Shown piece by piece: positions 12,010 through 23,684 of a DNA stretch of 64,000 nucleotides; the stretch's first letter is position 1, and each line of letters starts with the position of its first letter. A model generated the notes under the pieces. That model had not been told where the DNA came from, ran no database searches, and worked only from the letters and a program-made list of their open reading frames with translations. The stretch is from Scyliorhinus canicula (lineage: Eukaryota). The stretch covers positions 37,795,810 to 37,859,809 of the forward strand of contig NC_052152.1 of the NCBI RefSeq assembly GCF_902713615.1, read 5' to 3'. The translations under genes and the position numbers were made by a program.

Positions 12010-15000
12010 AATCAGAAGGGGGGGGGGGGGAAATGATCGTCAACCACATCGCCATCGGAAGTCTCTGCCTGGGTCTCCATGCCCAAGTCGATGATTTCCC
12101 GCCTCTTGGTATCGGGACCCTCAGAGGGCGGCAATCCAGAGCCCCATGGGTTGAAATGACGTAACTCAAAGTTTGTTCTTCCAGAGGGGTGTGGCACAAT
12201 GCATGTCCCCTGCCTGAGAGGTGGTCCAGGGGTTTCTGCATTGTCTGCTCTTGTATCCTTGGTATGAGACTGGCCCCATCTGTTGCACCACTGTTCCAGG
12301 AATCCACTTGGTGCCGTTCCCGAAGTTCTAGACATGAGCCACATCTCGTGGTTGGAACTGTCTGCTTAACGTTCGTCTGTCTGGGCCACGCCTCTGCTAT
12401 TCCTGACTCCGTCGTACTTTCCCGCCAATATCGGGGAACATGAGGCTGAGGCAGCTCTGAGTTGTTGGCCCATTAACAGTTCCGCCAAAGCTATGCCGGT
12501 CGGGACACGTGGTGAGATGCGATAACAAAATAAAAAGCGATCCAGTCGTGTTTCCACAGATTCCGTGGTCTGCTTCATCAAACCCCTTTGAAGGTTTGCA
12601 CTGCCCGTTCAAGGATGGGTGGTACAAGGCTGTGCGGATTTGTCGTACCCCCTTGGGGTGTCTTTGCTGGTGAAGGTGGTGCCAGTATCCGTGACCAGCA
12701 CCTTCGGAATGCCATGAGTACTAAAGGAGAACCAGAGCTTCTCGACCGTCACCTTTGATGTGGTGGATGACACTTGGTGGATTTCTAACCACTTGGAATG
12801 GGCATCCACTGTGAGCAGAATCATGCACCCCTAGAAAGGCCCGGCAAAATCAGCATGTAAACACACCCATAGCTGGCCATTTCCACAGATATAATGGCGC
12901 TGAGGGCGGGTGTTTTTGCTGGTCTTGGTAGGTGGCACACTATTGGACCATTCTTTCTGTTACGACATCCAGGCCTCGCCACTACATAAATCTATGGGCT
13001 AGCGTCTTCATGTTTGATACCACTGACTGACTATTGTGCAGGCCCCGTAATATGGGGTCTCTGCCATGGTGTGGGACCACAATGCGGGTCCCCCCACAAA
13101 AGAATACCATCCTCTACACTGAGCTCCAACAATTTGGTCGCAAAGGCCCGCAATTCTTCGGGCAGCTTCCTGTGCTGGCCCTTGTACAAGACTGTGTGGC
13201 GGACTTTTATCAATACAGGGTCTTTTTGCATCCAATCACGTATCTGTGTGGCGGTGACCAGCAAGGTAGCCATAAAATTCAATGTTGAGACGACTTTGCC
13301 GGCTCTAGGAAGAGATGGGCACATCAGCAACTGGATTTGTAATTTGTGTGCCTGGGCGATGCTCCAAGGCGTATTCGTACACCACTGGCATCTTTGAATC
13401 CTGGCAGGTGCTACCGGTGGGATTGACGTATCCTCTTTAAAGAGCCCCAGCTTGTGGGCCATCACAATAGTGAGCCACGCTCATATGCATACTGGTGAAA
13501 CGTCTTCACCGCAAACACAACAGCCAAACCCTCTTTTTTTTGATCTGAGCGTAATTCTGTTCCGCCATAGCCAATTCCACTTCGTCGTGGCCAATGCGAT
13601 TGTTCACTCTCTTCCACCAGCCATGCGGTGGGACAACACCGCTCTGATGCTGCATGGTGAGGCATGTAACCAAAAGAAGCTTAGAGGGGTCGTAATGCGT
13701 TAGCAATCCGGACGACGTTAGCTGTTCGTTTTTCTCGGGCAAAGGCTTCCTCCTGAGTTTCCCTCCATGCCATTCTTGGTCCTTTTTCAGCAAGACGTGT
13801 AGAAGGGCGTGCATGGCCACTAGGCCAGGAATGAATTTCCCATAATAATTTGACTGAGAAATGACCACAACTCCGTTGCATTTTCTGGAGTGGGAGCTTG
13901 TCGAATAGCTCCCTCTTCTCCTCCACGGGTGCAGTCCATCCCGGTCCACGTGATACCCCATGTAGGTGACCTCCTTCGAATGGGACACACACTTCCCTCT
14001 CTTGAGGCAGACGCCTGACTCGGAAAACTAGCAGAGGTCTTCTTCCAGGTTGCGCAGATGCTCGCTTTCCATGGCTCCAGTGACCAGGACGTCGCCCAAG
14101 TAGACTGCCGCATGTGGGTGTCCTCTTAGGATATTCTCTTCATGCGCTGGAAGATTGCGCAGGCCGACAACACTCCAAATGAAGTTGTGTGTATTCATAG
14201 AGGTCTCTGTAGACATTATTGGTCACATATCGCCTAGAATCGGGGTCCAGCTCCAGCTGGAGTTATGTGTGGCTTATGTTGAGCTGGTAAAAGAATGACC
14301 TCTGGCCAACTTTGTGTACAGATCTTCTATCCGTGGCATCGGGTACCGGTCCAGGTGGGAGGCCTTGATGACTGCCAATGGGTTTAAATACCAGGACTAC
14401 CAGCGCTGCCTAATCGGTGAACTGTACCAGTTGGATGATCCTGAGGCCTTTCAGACGGCTGGCATCTGCTTCGACCTTCGCCAGTAATGCATAGGGGACC
14501 GGGCGGGCCTCTAAATACTTTGGCTGTGCCTCAGGATTCACATGTATTTTGCCCACAGCTCCCTTAATCCTACCCAGGCCTTTCCCAACATGTTGTAAAA
14601 GCCTCCGGTGCCCATCCAGAAGATACATTGCCAGCCCAGACGGGCCAGTCAAGGCCCAGTAGACCCGGTCCGGGGCCCTTCACTATGATCATTGGCAGCC
14701 TAACAAACTACTGCCCGTACATCAAGGGGGTCATTGTTGTATCTGCCATGGCAAGGGGCTCCCCTGTACAGATAGTGAGTCTCGCTTCAGTGTCCCATAG
14801 ATTCAATCGCTGTACCTAATCTACTCAAATGTTTGCCTCCCAATGACCGAAACTGCGGCTCTCGCTTCCAACTCCATTTCCAATGGGTGTCCGATCACCT
14901 GGCCGGTAATTCAAATGGGGGCAACTCGTGGCAAGTTGATGCAGTTCAACCGCATGCATTCCTCAACATCGAGCTGGTCTAGGTGGAAGGTCCAGGCTCT

Positions 15001-16064
15001 GGATTAGGGTAGGGCGACGAGGCTGCCGGCTGACCTGTTTTTCTTTCCCTGCGGTTGCTCCTGCCACTAGCTCTGCACTGTTTTGGCTCATCCTCCACTG
15101 ATGGGGCTGGTCACGGCGGTGCTCATGCCAGGGTGGGGACCCCGGGAGCCCAGTCCTAGGGGGTGCTGAATGTCGGAATGGCTGGCATCTCATTCACCTC
15201 CAGTCCAGACATCCTTGGAGGTCCTGGACTTCCTCCCATAAGAGGGAAATTTCTATAGCCTTGTTAGCCCAGCAAAGGCTTGGCCAGCAACTTCCACTAG
15301 GTCGCCATATTGTTCACCCCGCATTCAAGGCGGTCCTGGAGCATCTAGAGTAGGGATGGGCCATAGTCACAAAACTTTGTCAATTTCTTTAAACAAGTCA
15401 AAAACTCTAATGGACTCTCCTGCAGTCCTCTCGGCCATGTTAAATCTTGGGAAACCTCTCGGCCATGTTAAATCGGTACCTCTGTACAATGACCGACTGC
15501 TTGGAATCGTAGTGGTTTGCTACCAGTGTTACTAACTCTTTGGAACGATTTGAACTCTGGGGATATGGGGTATGTCAGGGTCTTAATGACATTGAAGGTG
15601 GGGGCCCAACAAGCACTCATTAGAATCACTGTCTGTCACTCATCCCCAACGATAGCATTTGCCCTAAAGAAATAAGGCATCCATTCCACGTACTGCATCC
15701 AGTCCTCCACACTTACGTCAAAAATATCGAGTCTACCAAAGAGGGACATTTTTTTCAAGATGGTGCAAACATAATTCCTGTATGAAGAGAGGAGGTGGCT
15801 GTGCTCCAAATGTTTAACAGCGCCAACAGTAGTTCCACTTTACCCTTGTCGCCAATTTAGTGGTCACAGAGGAGTGTACAAGCACAATTCAAGTCCCAGC
15901 CGGAACTGCACACAACCCACGCCTCCTACATGGGCCGGCTTTTATGTCCCAAGTCCAATATCCTGCTGATGGGTCTCCGCCCTTCAGAGGGGGAGCTCTT
16001 ACTCCATGAGGCTCCGGGGGAGATTAATTGGTTCATCCCTGTGGGTCTCGTGGGGGTTATAACA
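12010..16064 (-). mobile_element. Degenerate Mag-type Ty3/gypsy LTR retrotransposon (gag-pol relic with 5' LTR)
   Basis: Gag start MSLFGRLDIFD at 15749. RT/RH pieces PVPYALLAKVE, LLTHYDPSK; integrase ILLTVDAHSKWLE. PBS TGGCGACAAGGGT (15842-15854 on -). LTR begins TGTTATAAC at 16064. Many stops and frameshifts. Confidence 0.85.
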
Positions 16065-16629
16065 CTAACTAAAGTGAAAATAGAAAATGCTGGACATTCT
16101 CAGGTCAAGTAGCATCTGTAGAGAGAAAAAAACACTTCAGTTAATGCAGTCAAAATTTAATTAATATCTGCAGGGCCAAGACATTCTGTTCACAACAATT
16201 TAGAGCACACTATCTAACACATGGATGTAAATTAATCCTGTAGCTAGCAGGTGGAAAAACTGTCTCAGCAGTTATTTTAAATGTCAACAAAGCGAGTCGA
16301 ATCATTTGAGCCTCATGTGCCAAAGCCTTTGCTTACAAATCTAATAGGACAAGATGTTTGCCTTAGTAACAATTTTAAGCATTTCAATGACGATTTACGT
16401 AGAACCATTGGGCCTGAAGCCACATTTGGAACAATGTGTGACCCAATTATAAGAAAAGAGTTTCCAATATTAGAGGAAAAGGGCTGTTTGTTTTCCAATG
16501 CATGTTAGGTCCAAAAATGATTGAAAGCATAAGTATATCATGAACCACATGATCAACCAATATAGATATATATTTTTCAAAGTATTTTTATTGAAGTTTT
16601 TCATTATAAAAAACAACGCAACAAAACCA

Positions 16630-16797
16630 CAGGCATGGTGCAGCTCTCAGCACTGAGGACCACAGATCGATCCCGGCCCCGGGTCACTGTCCGTGGGTCT
16701 TGCCCCAACCCACAGACGTGCAGGGTAGGTAGATTGGCCATGCTAAATTGCCCCTTAATTGGAAAAAGAAGAATTGGGTACTTTAAATGTATTTTAA
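16630..16797 (+). mobile_element. V-SINE copy (deleted)
   Basis: SINE core and AT tail. Confidence 0.7.
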
Positions 16798-17231
16798 AGA
16801 AAGGAATGGTACAGCTCTGCACACAAAAAGTCTCAATAAATGTGGATACAGAGGGGAACAGAACAGCAATATAATTGGTTTGAGTTCAATCATTGGACTC
16901 CACTTGGTGCTGCCAAATGCACCACCAGAGAACAAGAGAGAGAAGGATAAAGCCATGTAAAATGGTGCACAACTTTCCATGCGCCGATTGCTCACAATGA
17001 CCACGAGAGTTCAGGGTAAATGTTTTGCACCATGCTTGGGCACGCACCAGAACATATCCCCCTCAACTCCAGCAACATGAGAGGCACCAATGACAATGTA
17101 ACCCCCCCCTCTGGATGTCAGACTTTTCTGTGCCCCTGCAGGAGCCAATAACGTTTTCTTAAAACCCACCATAACAATAGAAGGATGTTTGGCATATACC
17201 ACACAATGCCACTGTAATAGATTGCAAGCTA

Positions 17232-17471
17232 CTGACTTCGTCAGGAACACAAAGAGTATTTATTAACAAGGAAAATCTGTACAGAGGCTGGCAGCCTCTC
17301 AGGCTGCTCTGGAGCAGCCCCCTGGCTGCACCCAGTGCCTACATGGTTTCTAGATGTATTCTGCCGAAGAGAGGACCCCACCCTCTGGGGTGATCACCCG
17401 CTCTCAGTCCTCATTGGTCCCTCAAGCCAGGTAACCTTATACTGTGCTATTTTATAGAGACAGATACCACA
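17232..17471 (-). mobile_element. Possible solo LTR
   Basis: On the - strand starts TGTGGTA and contains CCAAT and AATAAA. The other end is poorly defined. Confidence 0.35.
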
Positions 17472-18613
17472 ATCACTACAACCATATATTCCCAACCTCA
17501 GGCAGAGTTTAGAATGATCATCATTCCACATATTTAGAAAGAGAGGACCAGCAGCTGTAAATTTGGATTATGGTCAGTGTTCACTGCGCTTCTCAACACA
17601 TTAAACAAGACCAGATAAAAAAGGGAGAGCTGGAAGGATCAAATGTTCTCAGGATAAAAGGGGACCACGATACACCACAAATCCATATTCCTCCAGAGCA
17701 TACCCACCCCCAAGGATGAAGAAGAGAAAAAGTTGCTCATTCATATACCATAAAGGTAACAACAAGATATCAACTAAAATACAGGACCCAGCTCAAACCC
17801 ACGCCCTTGTGCACTTGGGAATCAATAATCTGAGGATATTCAAGCACATCAAAAGACTCAGCCTCTCAGGATGTCCCTAATGAGTGCCTTTGAGAAGGGG
17901 CGTCCCAAGCATAAGCGGGCAACAGGAAATCAATCACAGCATCGGATTTGACCAAGTTCAGCACGCTCTGAGACAAAGGAAATAATACCCCCCAAATCAC
18001 CCGTCACATGCCAAGATCCACCACCCAGCTGGCCCTGCACCTCGCTAACTCCACCCAGAGCAGCACACCAACCCACCGACCAAACCATCACTCAGAACAG
18101 CAGATTGCTCACCCACAGGAAGAGAAGAAACTCAACCCCCTCCCCACTCAAGGAAGGAACACTCAAATAAACCCAAGAACATTAGATACAGATTAACACT
18201 GTATGCCCTTGCAAGATGGATATTAGGGGGACAGGGCAATGCTGCCTCAAGAGAGACAAAAACACTGCCTCCCCATGGAAAACCCAACCACAACAAGGAG
18301 GACGATTCAGGAAACCGACATATAAGACTAGCCGGAGGAGAACGCCTAACTCCCTCATCAAGCCTACCTTCAAACCTAAGAAGGGCTCTGTGGTGATCCA
18401 ACCACTGTGTATATGTGTGCTTGCAGTAGGGGGATGTATGGCCGTACCTGTATTACAGGTTTCTCCGGTAAGCCCCTGCCGGCTAGCTCCGCCCACAGGG
18501 AGCTGTATAAATATTCATAAGTTTCACTGAGATGCCATTCTACAGCTGCCGCCGGAGGAATAGCATCTCACTGTAATAAAGCCTCGCTTGTACTTCACTC
18601 GAGTCTTTGTGTA

Positions 18614-18907
18614 TGTGGTGAATGTCACTTAGTAATTCACACTGTATTTACCAATACTATTGTAAGTGCAGTAGCGTTATCCGACCACTAAGGGAGTAGC
18701 TCTGGGAATGCTCAGGAGTTTGTACAGGGCTCCACCCTTGGCTCCGACCAGGACTCCTCCCCCTAGACTGCTGTATAAATAACCGTGTCCAGAGCCAGCC
18801 TGAGTTCATCGAGAGTTCAACGGGTAACAGGCTGGCTCTGAAGTAAGTAGATTAAAACCACTGTTCATATCTGAAAGCACGTGTCTCGTGAATTGATGGT
18901 TCCATCA
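18614..18907 (+). mobile_element. Solo LTR nested in the 5' LTR of element A
   Basis: TG...CA, 294 bp, flanked by gtgta/gtgga. Absent from the 3' LTR. TATAAAT 18774, ATTAAA 18851. Homologous to 37263-37568. Confidence 0.9.
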
Positions 18908-18958
18908 GTGGACAATTGTTAGCGCCAGAATTTGTTACAGTGAGATTTTCCTTACACC

Positions 18959-21900
18959 ATGGACATCAGGATCAAACCTGACCGCCTGCAGCTGGATCCG
19001 CAGTTGCCCAATGCCAGGAAAGACTTTGTTCACTGGCTTTCAGTTTTCGAGGCCTACATCTCTTCAGCGGACCCTCCACCTTTGAAGGCTCAAAAACGAC
19101 AGCTTCTTTACTCAAGACTCAGCTCCAGCGTGTTTCCGCTAATTCGAGACGCGCCTGACTACGCCCGGGCCATGAAACTGCTCAAAGACAACTACGCACA
19201 GTCGACGAACACCCTGTTTGCGAGACATCTACTCTCTACTCGCGTCCAACAGCCGGGTGAGTCAATTGAGGACTTTTGGAGGGCCCTTATACCTCTAGTA
19301 TGAGACTGCGACTGCCAGGCTCTCACGGCCACAGAACATTCCGACTTACTCATGCGGGATGCCTTTGTTATGGGTATTGCATCGGACCCCATCCAGCAAC
19401 GATTGCTGGAAGGGGCCGCTCTCAATCTCGCGGCTACAAAGACTCTGGCGCTATCAATGACGGCCGCCTCCCGTAGTGCCTGATCCTACCCCGTTAGCCA
19501 CTCAGCCCACCCGTCCAACCCCCCGTGGACCCCGCAAACGGCTTCCCGGCCCACCCGTCCTTCCCCTCGTGGACCCCGCAACTGACCCCCCAGCAGCCAC
19601 CCCCGTGCACTACGCCTGCGATGCTCGCCGTACCGCGCACCCTGGGGGTTCCCACTGCTACTTCTGTGGTCAGCAGAAGCACCCCGCCAGCACTGCCCGG
19701 CCTGCACCGCGACCTGCAAAGCTTGTGGCAAGAAAGGCCACTTTGCAGCGGGGTGCCAGTCCCGGACGGTTGCCGCTATCGCGCCCGAATCCCCCTCCTC
19801 ACCTCAGCTGATCGCACAATGGGCCCTACCGTCCGCTGCCCCCGATCCCACGTGCAATCAGTCGGCGCCGCCATCTTTTGCCGCCCCCGCCATGTGTGCA
19901 CCATGGGCGCCGCCATCTTCATCCTTCGCCTCCATGTGCGTTCCATGGGCGCCGCCATCTTGTCCGCCGCCATTTTCTTCCTCACAGGTACTCCAGACGC
20001 CGCCATTTTGTCCTCCCCTCGAGACGGGACCCGGGTCGCTGCCGCTACTCGTCGGACTCGTCAGACTCGTCGGCCGATCGCCCGCTACTCGCCTCCGTGA
20101 TGCTCGACCAGTCCCGTCCTCGCAACTTGGCACCCTCTTCCACGACGGTGCTCGTCAACGGCCACGTGACCTCCTGCCTCATCGACTCTGGAAGCACCAA
20201 GAGCTTCATTCACCCCGACACGGTAAGGCGCTACTCCCTTGCGGTCCATCCCGCCAACCGGCAGATCTCATTAGCCTCCGGTTCCCACTCTGTCCCGATC
20301 CGGGGCTTCTGCCTGGTTAAACTCACTGGACAGGACGTGGAAATCGACCATTTCCACCTGTACATTCTCCCCAACCTCTGCGCGCCACTCTTACTAGGCC
20401 TGGATTTTCAATGCAACCTCCAGATCCTCACCCTCAAATTCGGTGGACCACTACCTCCCCTCACCGTTTGCGGCCTCGCAACCCTCAAGGTTGAGCCTCC
20501 CTCCCTCTTTGCCAATCTGACCGCAGATTGCAAGCCCGTCGCCACCAGGAGCAGATGGTACAGCACCCAGGACAAGACCTTCATCAGGTCTGAAGTCCAG
20601 CGGCTGCTTCGGGAGGGTATTATCAAGGCCAGCAACAGTCCCTGGCAAGCCCAGGTGGTAGTGGTTAAAACTGGGGAGAAACACAGGATGGTCGTGGACT
20701 ACACTCAGACCATCAATCGGTACACGCAGCTCGACGCGTACCCCCTCCCGCGCATTTCTGATGTGGTCAGTCAGATTGCACAGTACCGGGTCTTCTCTAC
20801 AATTGACCAGAAATCCGCTTACCACCAGCTCCCCATTCGTAAATCGGACCGTCCATACACTGCCTTCGAGGCGGACGGTCGCCTGTATCAATTTCTTAGG
20901 GTTCCCTTCAGCGTCACTAACGGGGTATCGGTATTTCAACGAGAAATGGACCGAATGGTTGACCGGTACGAACTGCGGGCCACGTTTCCGTACTTAGACA
21001 ACGTCACCATCTGTGGCCATGACCAGCAGGACCATGACGCCAACCTTGCTAGATTTCTCCACACCGCATCTCTCCTTAACCTCACATATAACAAGGAGAA
21101 GTGTGTGTTCCGCACAGGCCGTTTGGCCATCCTCGGCTACGTTGTCCAAAACGGACTACTGGGGCCTGATCCCGACCGCATGCGCCCCCTCATGGAGCTT
21201 CCCCTCCCCCACTGCCTCAAGGCTCTCAAACTATGCCTGGGGTTCTTTTCTTACTATGCCCTGTGGGTCCCACAATACGCGGACAATGCCCGCCCACTAA
21301 TCCAGTCCACACAATTTACCCTCACAGCCGAGGCACAACAGGCCTTCACTCAAATTCGCTCTGACATAGCCAGGGCCGGGATGCACGCAGTAGATGAGAC
21401 ACTGCCCTTCCAAGTAGAGAGCGACGCTTCAGATGTCGCCCTTGCCGCCCCGCTGAACCTGGCAGGCAGACCCATGGCATTCTTTTCCCGCACCCTCCAT
21501 GCCTCCGAAATTCGACATTCGTCTGTTGAAAAGGAGGCCCAGGCAATTGTTGAAGCGGTGCGGCACTGGAGGCATTACCTGACCGGCAGGGGATTCACTC
21601 TCCTCACTAACCAACAGTCGGTAGCCTTCATGTTCAACAACACGCAGCGGGGCAAGATCAAAAATGATAAACTCTTGCGGTGGGGGATCGAGCTCTCCAC
21701 CTATAATTACAAGATTGTGTATCGCCCTGGCAAGCTCAACGAGCCCCCAGACGCCCTCTCCTGAGATACATGTGCCAGCGCACAAGTGAACCAGCTCCGT
21801 GCCTTGCACGAGAGCCTTTGCCATCCGGGGGTCACTCGTTTGTACCACCTAATCAAAACCCGTAATCTTCCTTACTCCGTCGATGAAGTACGGACAGTCA

Positions 21901-22935
21901 CCAGAGACAGCCAGGTCTGTGCGGAGTGCAAGCTGCACTTCTACTGGCCAGACCGCGCGCGCCTGGTGAAAGCGTCCCGCCCCTTTGAACGCCTCAGCGT
22001 AGATTTCAAAGGGCCCCTCCCCTCCACCGACCGCAACACCTACATCCTTAGTGTGGTCGATGAATTCTCTAGGTTCCCCTTCGCCATCCCATGCCCGGAT
22101 ATGACGTCTGCCACCGTCATCAAGGCCCTTGATCCCATATTCGCTCTGTTCGGTTTCCCCGACTACATCCACAGTGACAGGGGATCCTCATTCATGAGCG
22201 ATGAGCTGCGTCAGTTCCTGCTCAGCAGGGGTATCGCCTCCAGCAGGACGACCAGCTACAACCCCCGGGGAAACAGGCAGGTAGAGAGGGAGAACGGGAC
22301 GGTATGAAGGGCCGTCCAGTTGGCCCTACGGTCCAGGAACCTCCCAGCCGCTCGCTGGCAGCAGGTCCTCCCTGACGCGCTCCATTCCATTCGGTCATTA
22401 CTGTGCACCGCGACTAACCACACACCCCATGAACGTGTTTTTGCCAACCCTAGGAAGTCTACATCCAGTGTGTGGCTCCCGACTTGGCTCACGACTCCGG
22501 GCCCAGTCCTTCTTCGTAGGCAAGTCAGGCACCACAAGGCGGAACCTCTGGTGGACAAAGTACACCTGCTCCACGCGAACCCCCAGTATGCCTACGTGGA
22601 ATTCCCCGACGGCCGCCAGGACACAGTCTCGCTCCGGGACCTGGCTCCCTTGGGTGCCGATCCCATGCCCACGCCCCTTCCCCACCCCCCCCGTGCCACC
22701 CTCCTTTTCCCCGGCGCCCCCGTATTCGCCCCCACCAGGTCCATCCCTCGTTCCCCTGCCCACGCTGGAGGACATGGAAGATTTCGGCTCGCTCCCGGAG
22801 TCATCCCGCCACTGGCCAGCACCAACACTGCCAGCACCTGCACCGTCGTCACTAACGCTGCCTGTGCCGACGTTGCCACCACAGCTACGTCGCTCGCAAC
22901 GGAACGTTCGACCGCCGATCCGACTCAACCTGTGA
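18959..22935 (+). pseudogene. gag-pol of element A (disrupted)
   Basis: Gag MDIRIKPDRLQLDP with CCHC knuckles (CYFCG..H). Protease LIDSGST. RT FRVPFSVTNG / YLDN. RNase H ESDASD...EKEAQAIV. Integrase HPG..CAEC, DFKGP, HSDRGS. In-frame stops at 19301, 21762, 22305 plus frameshifts. Confidence 0.93.
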
Positions 22936-23684
22936 CCGGATTGCCTGATGGACTCTTGGTTTTCTTTTGTTTTGCCCTTTTGTAAATAGATCACTTTATG
23001 TATTGTAGTTCCACATCATCCCCGCCGGACTCATTGTTTACAGGGGGTGAATGTGTTGATCCAACTACTGCAGTAGGGGGATGTATGGCCGTACCTGTAT
23101 TACAGGTTTCTCCGGTAAGCCCCTGCCGGCTCCGCCCACAGGGAGCTGTATAAATATTCGTAAGTTTCACTGAGATGCCATTCTACAGCTGCTGCAGGAG
23201 GAATAGCATCTCACTGTAATAAAGCCTCTCTTGTGCTTCACTCGAGTCTTTGTGTACAATTGTTAGCGCCACAGGCTCCGACAACATAGAGACATGGCAT
23301 ACAGACTTTCACTTCAACAAATCGAATAGGAATAAACCGAGCACACCCAGGTATGCGGTGCCACTTATTTCCCCTACCCCAGTAGCTCGAAAAATAACAA
23401 TCACAACGAATCCGAAGGAACTCAGTCCTTTCCAGGATACACAATTTCCACAAGCCTTCGAAGGAGATAAGTATGGATTCTCAAAATTCAAAGCAACAAC
23501 AAAAAGAAAAGCATACATTTAGCTTTAATTGCTGATTATCCTTAATCCAAGTGACGACTAATCCAACCGGACCACCAACCACCACACCAATCATCCACCC
23601 ATCACTCCATCGCGGCTCCACTAATATCCCTTCTCATGCGTGTAAAGATTACAACAGATAAAAAAGGATAAAGCTGTATTTAGC

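Larger units (their letters stand above)
18389..23273 (+). mobile_element. Full-length Ty3/gypsy LTR retrotransposon (element A)
   Basis: TSD GGCTC (18384-18388 / 23274-23278). 5' LTR 18389-18929 (split by a solo LTR), 3' LTR 23052-23273. PPT acagggggtgaa. Order gag-PR-RT-RH-IN. Confidence 0.96.

Noticed and set aside
22320-23050. env gene, chromodomain or antisense ORF after integrase in gypsy elements
   Set aside because: Only a short Pro-rich tail separates IN from the PPT; no env-sized ORF or chromodomain motif. Overlapping ORFs are GC-rich frame artefacts.
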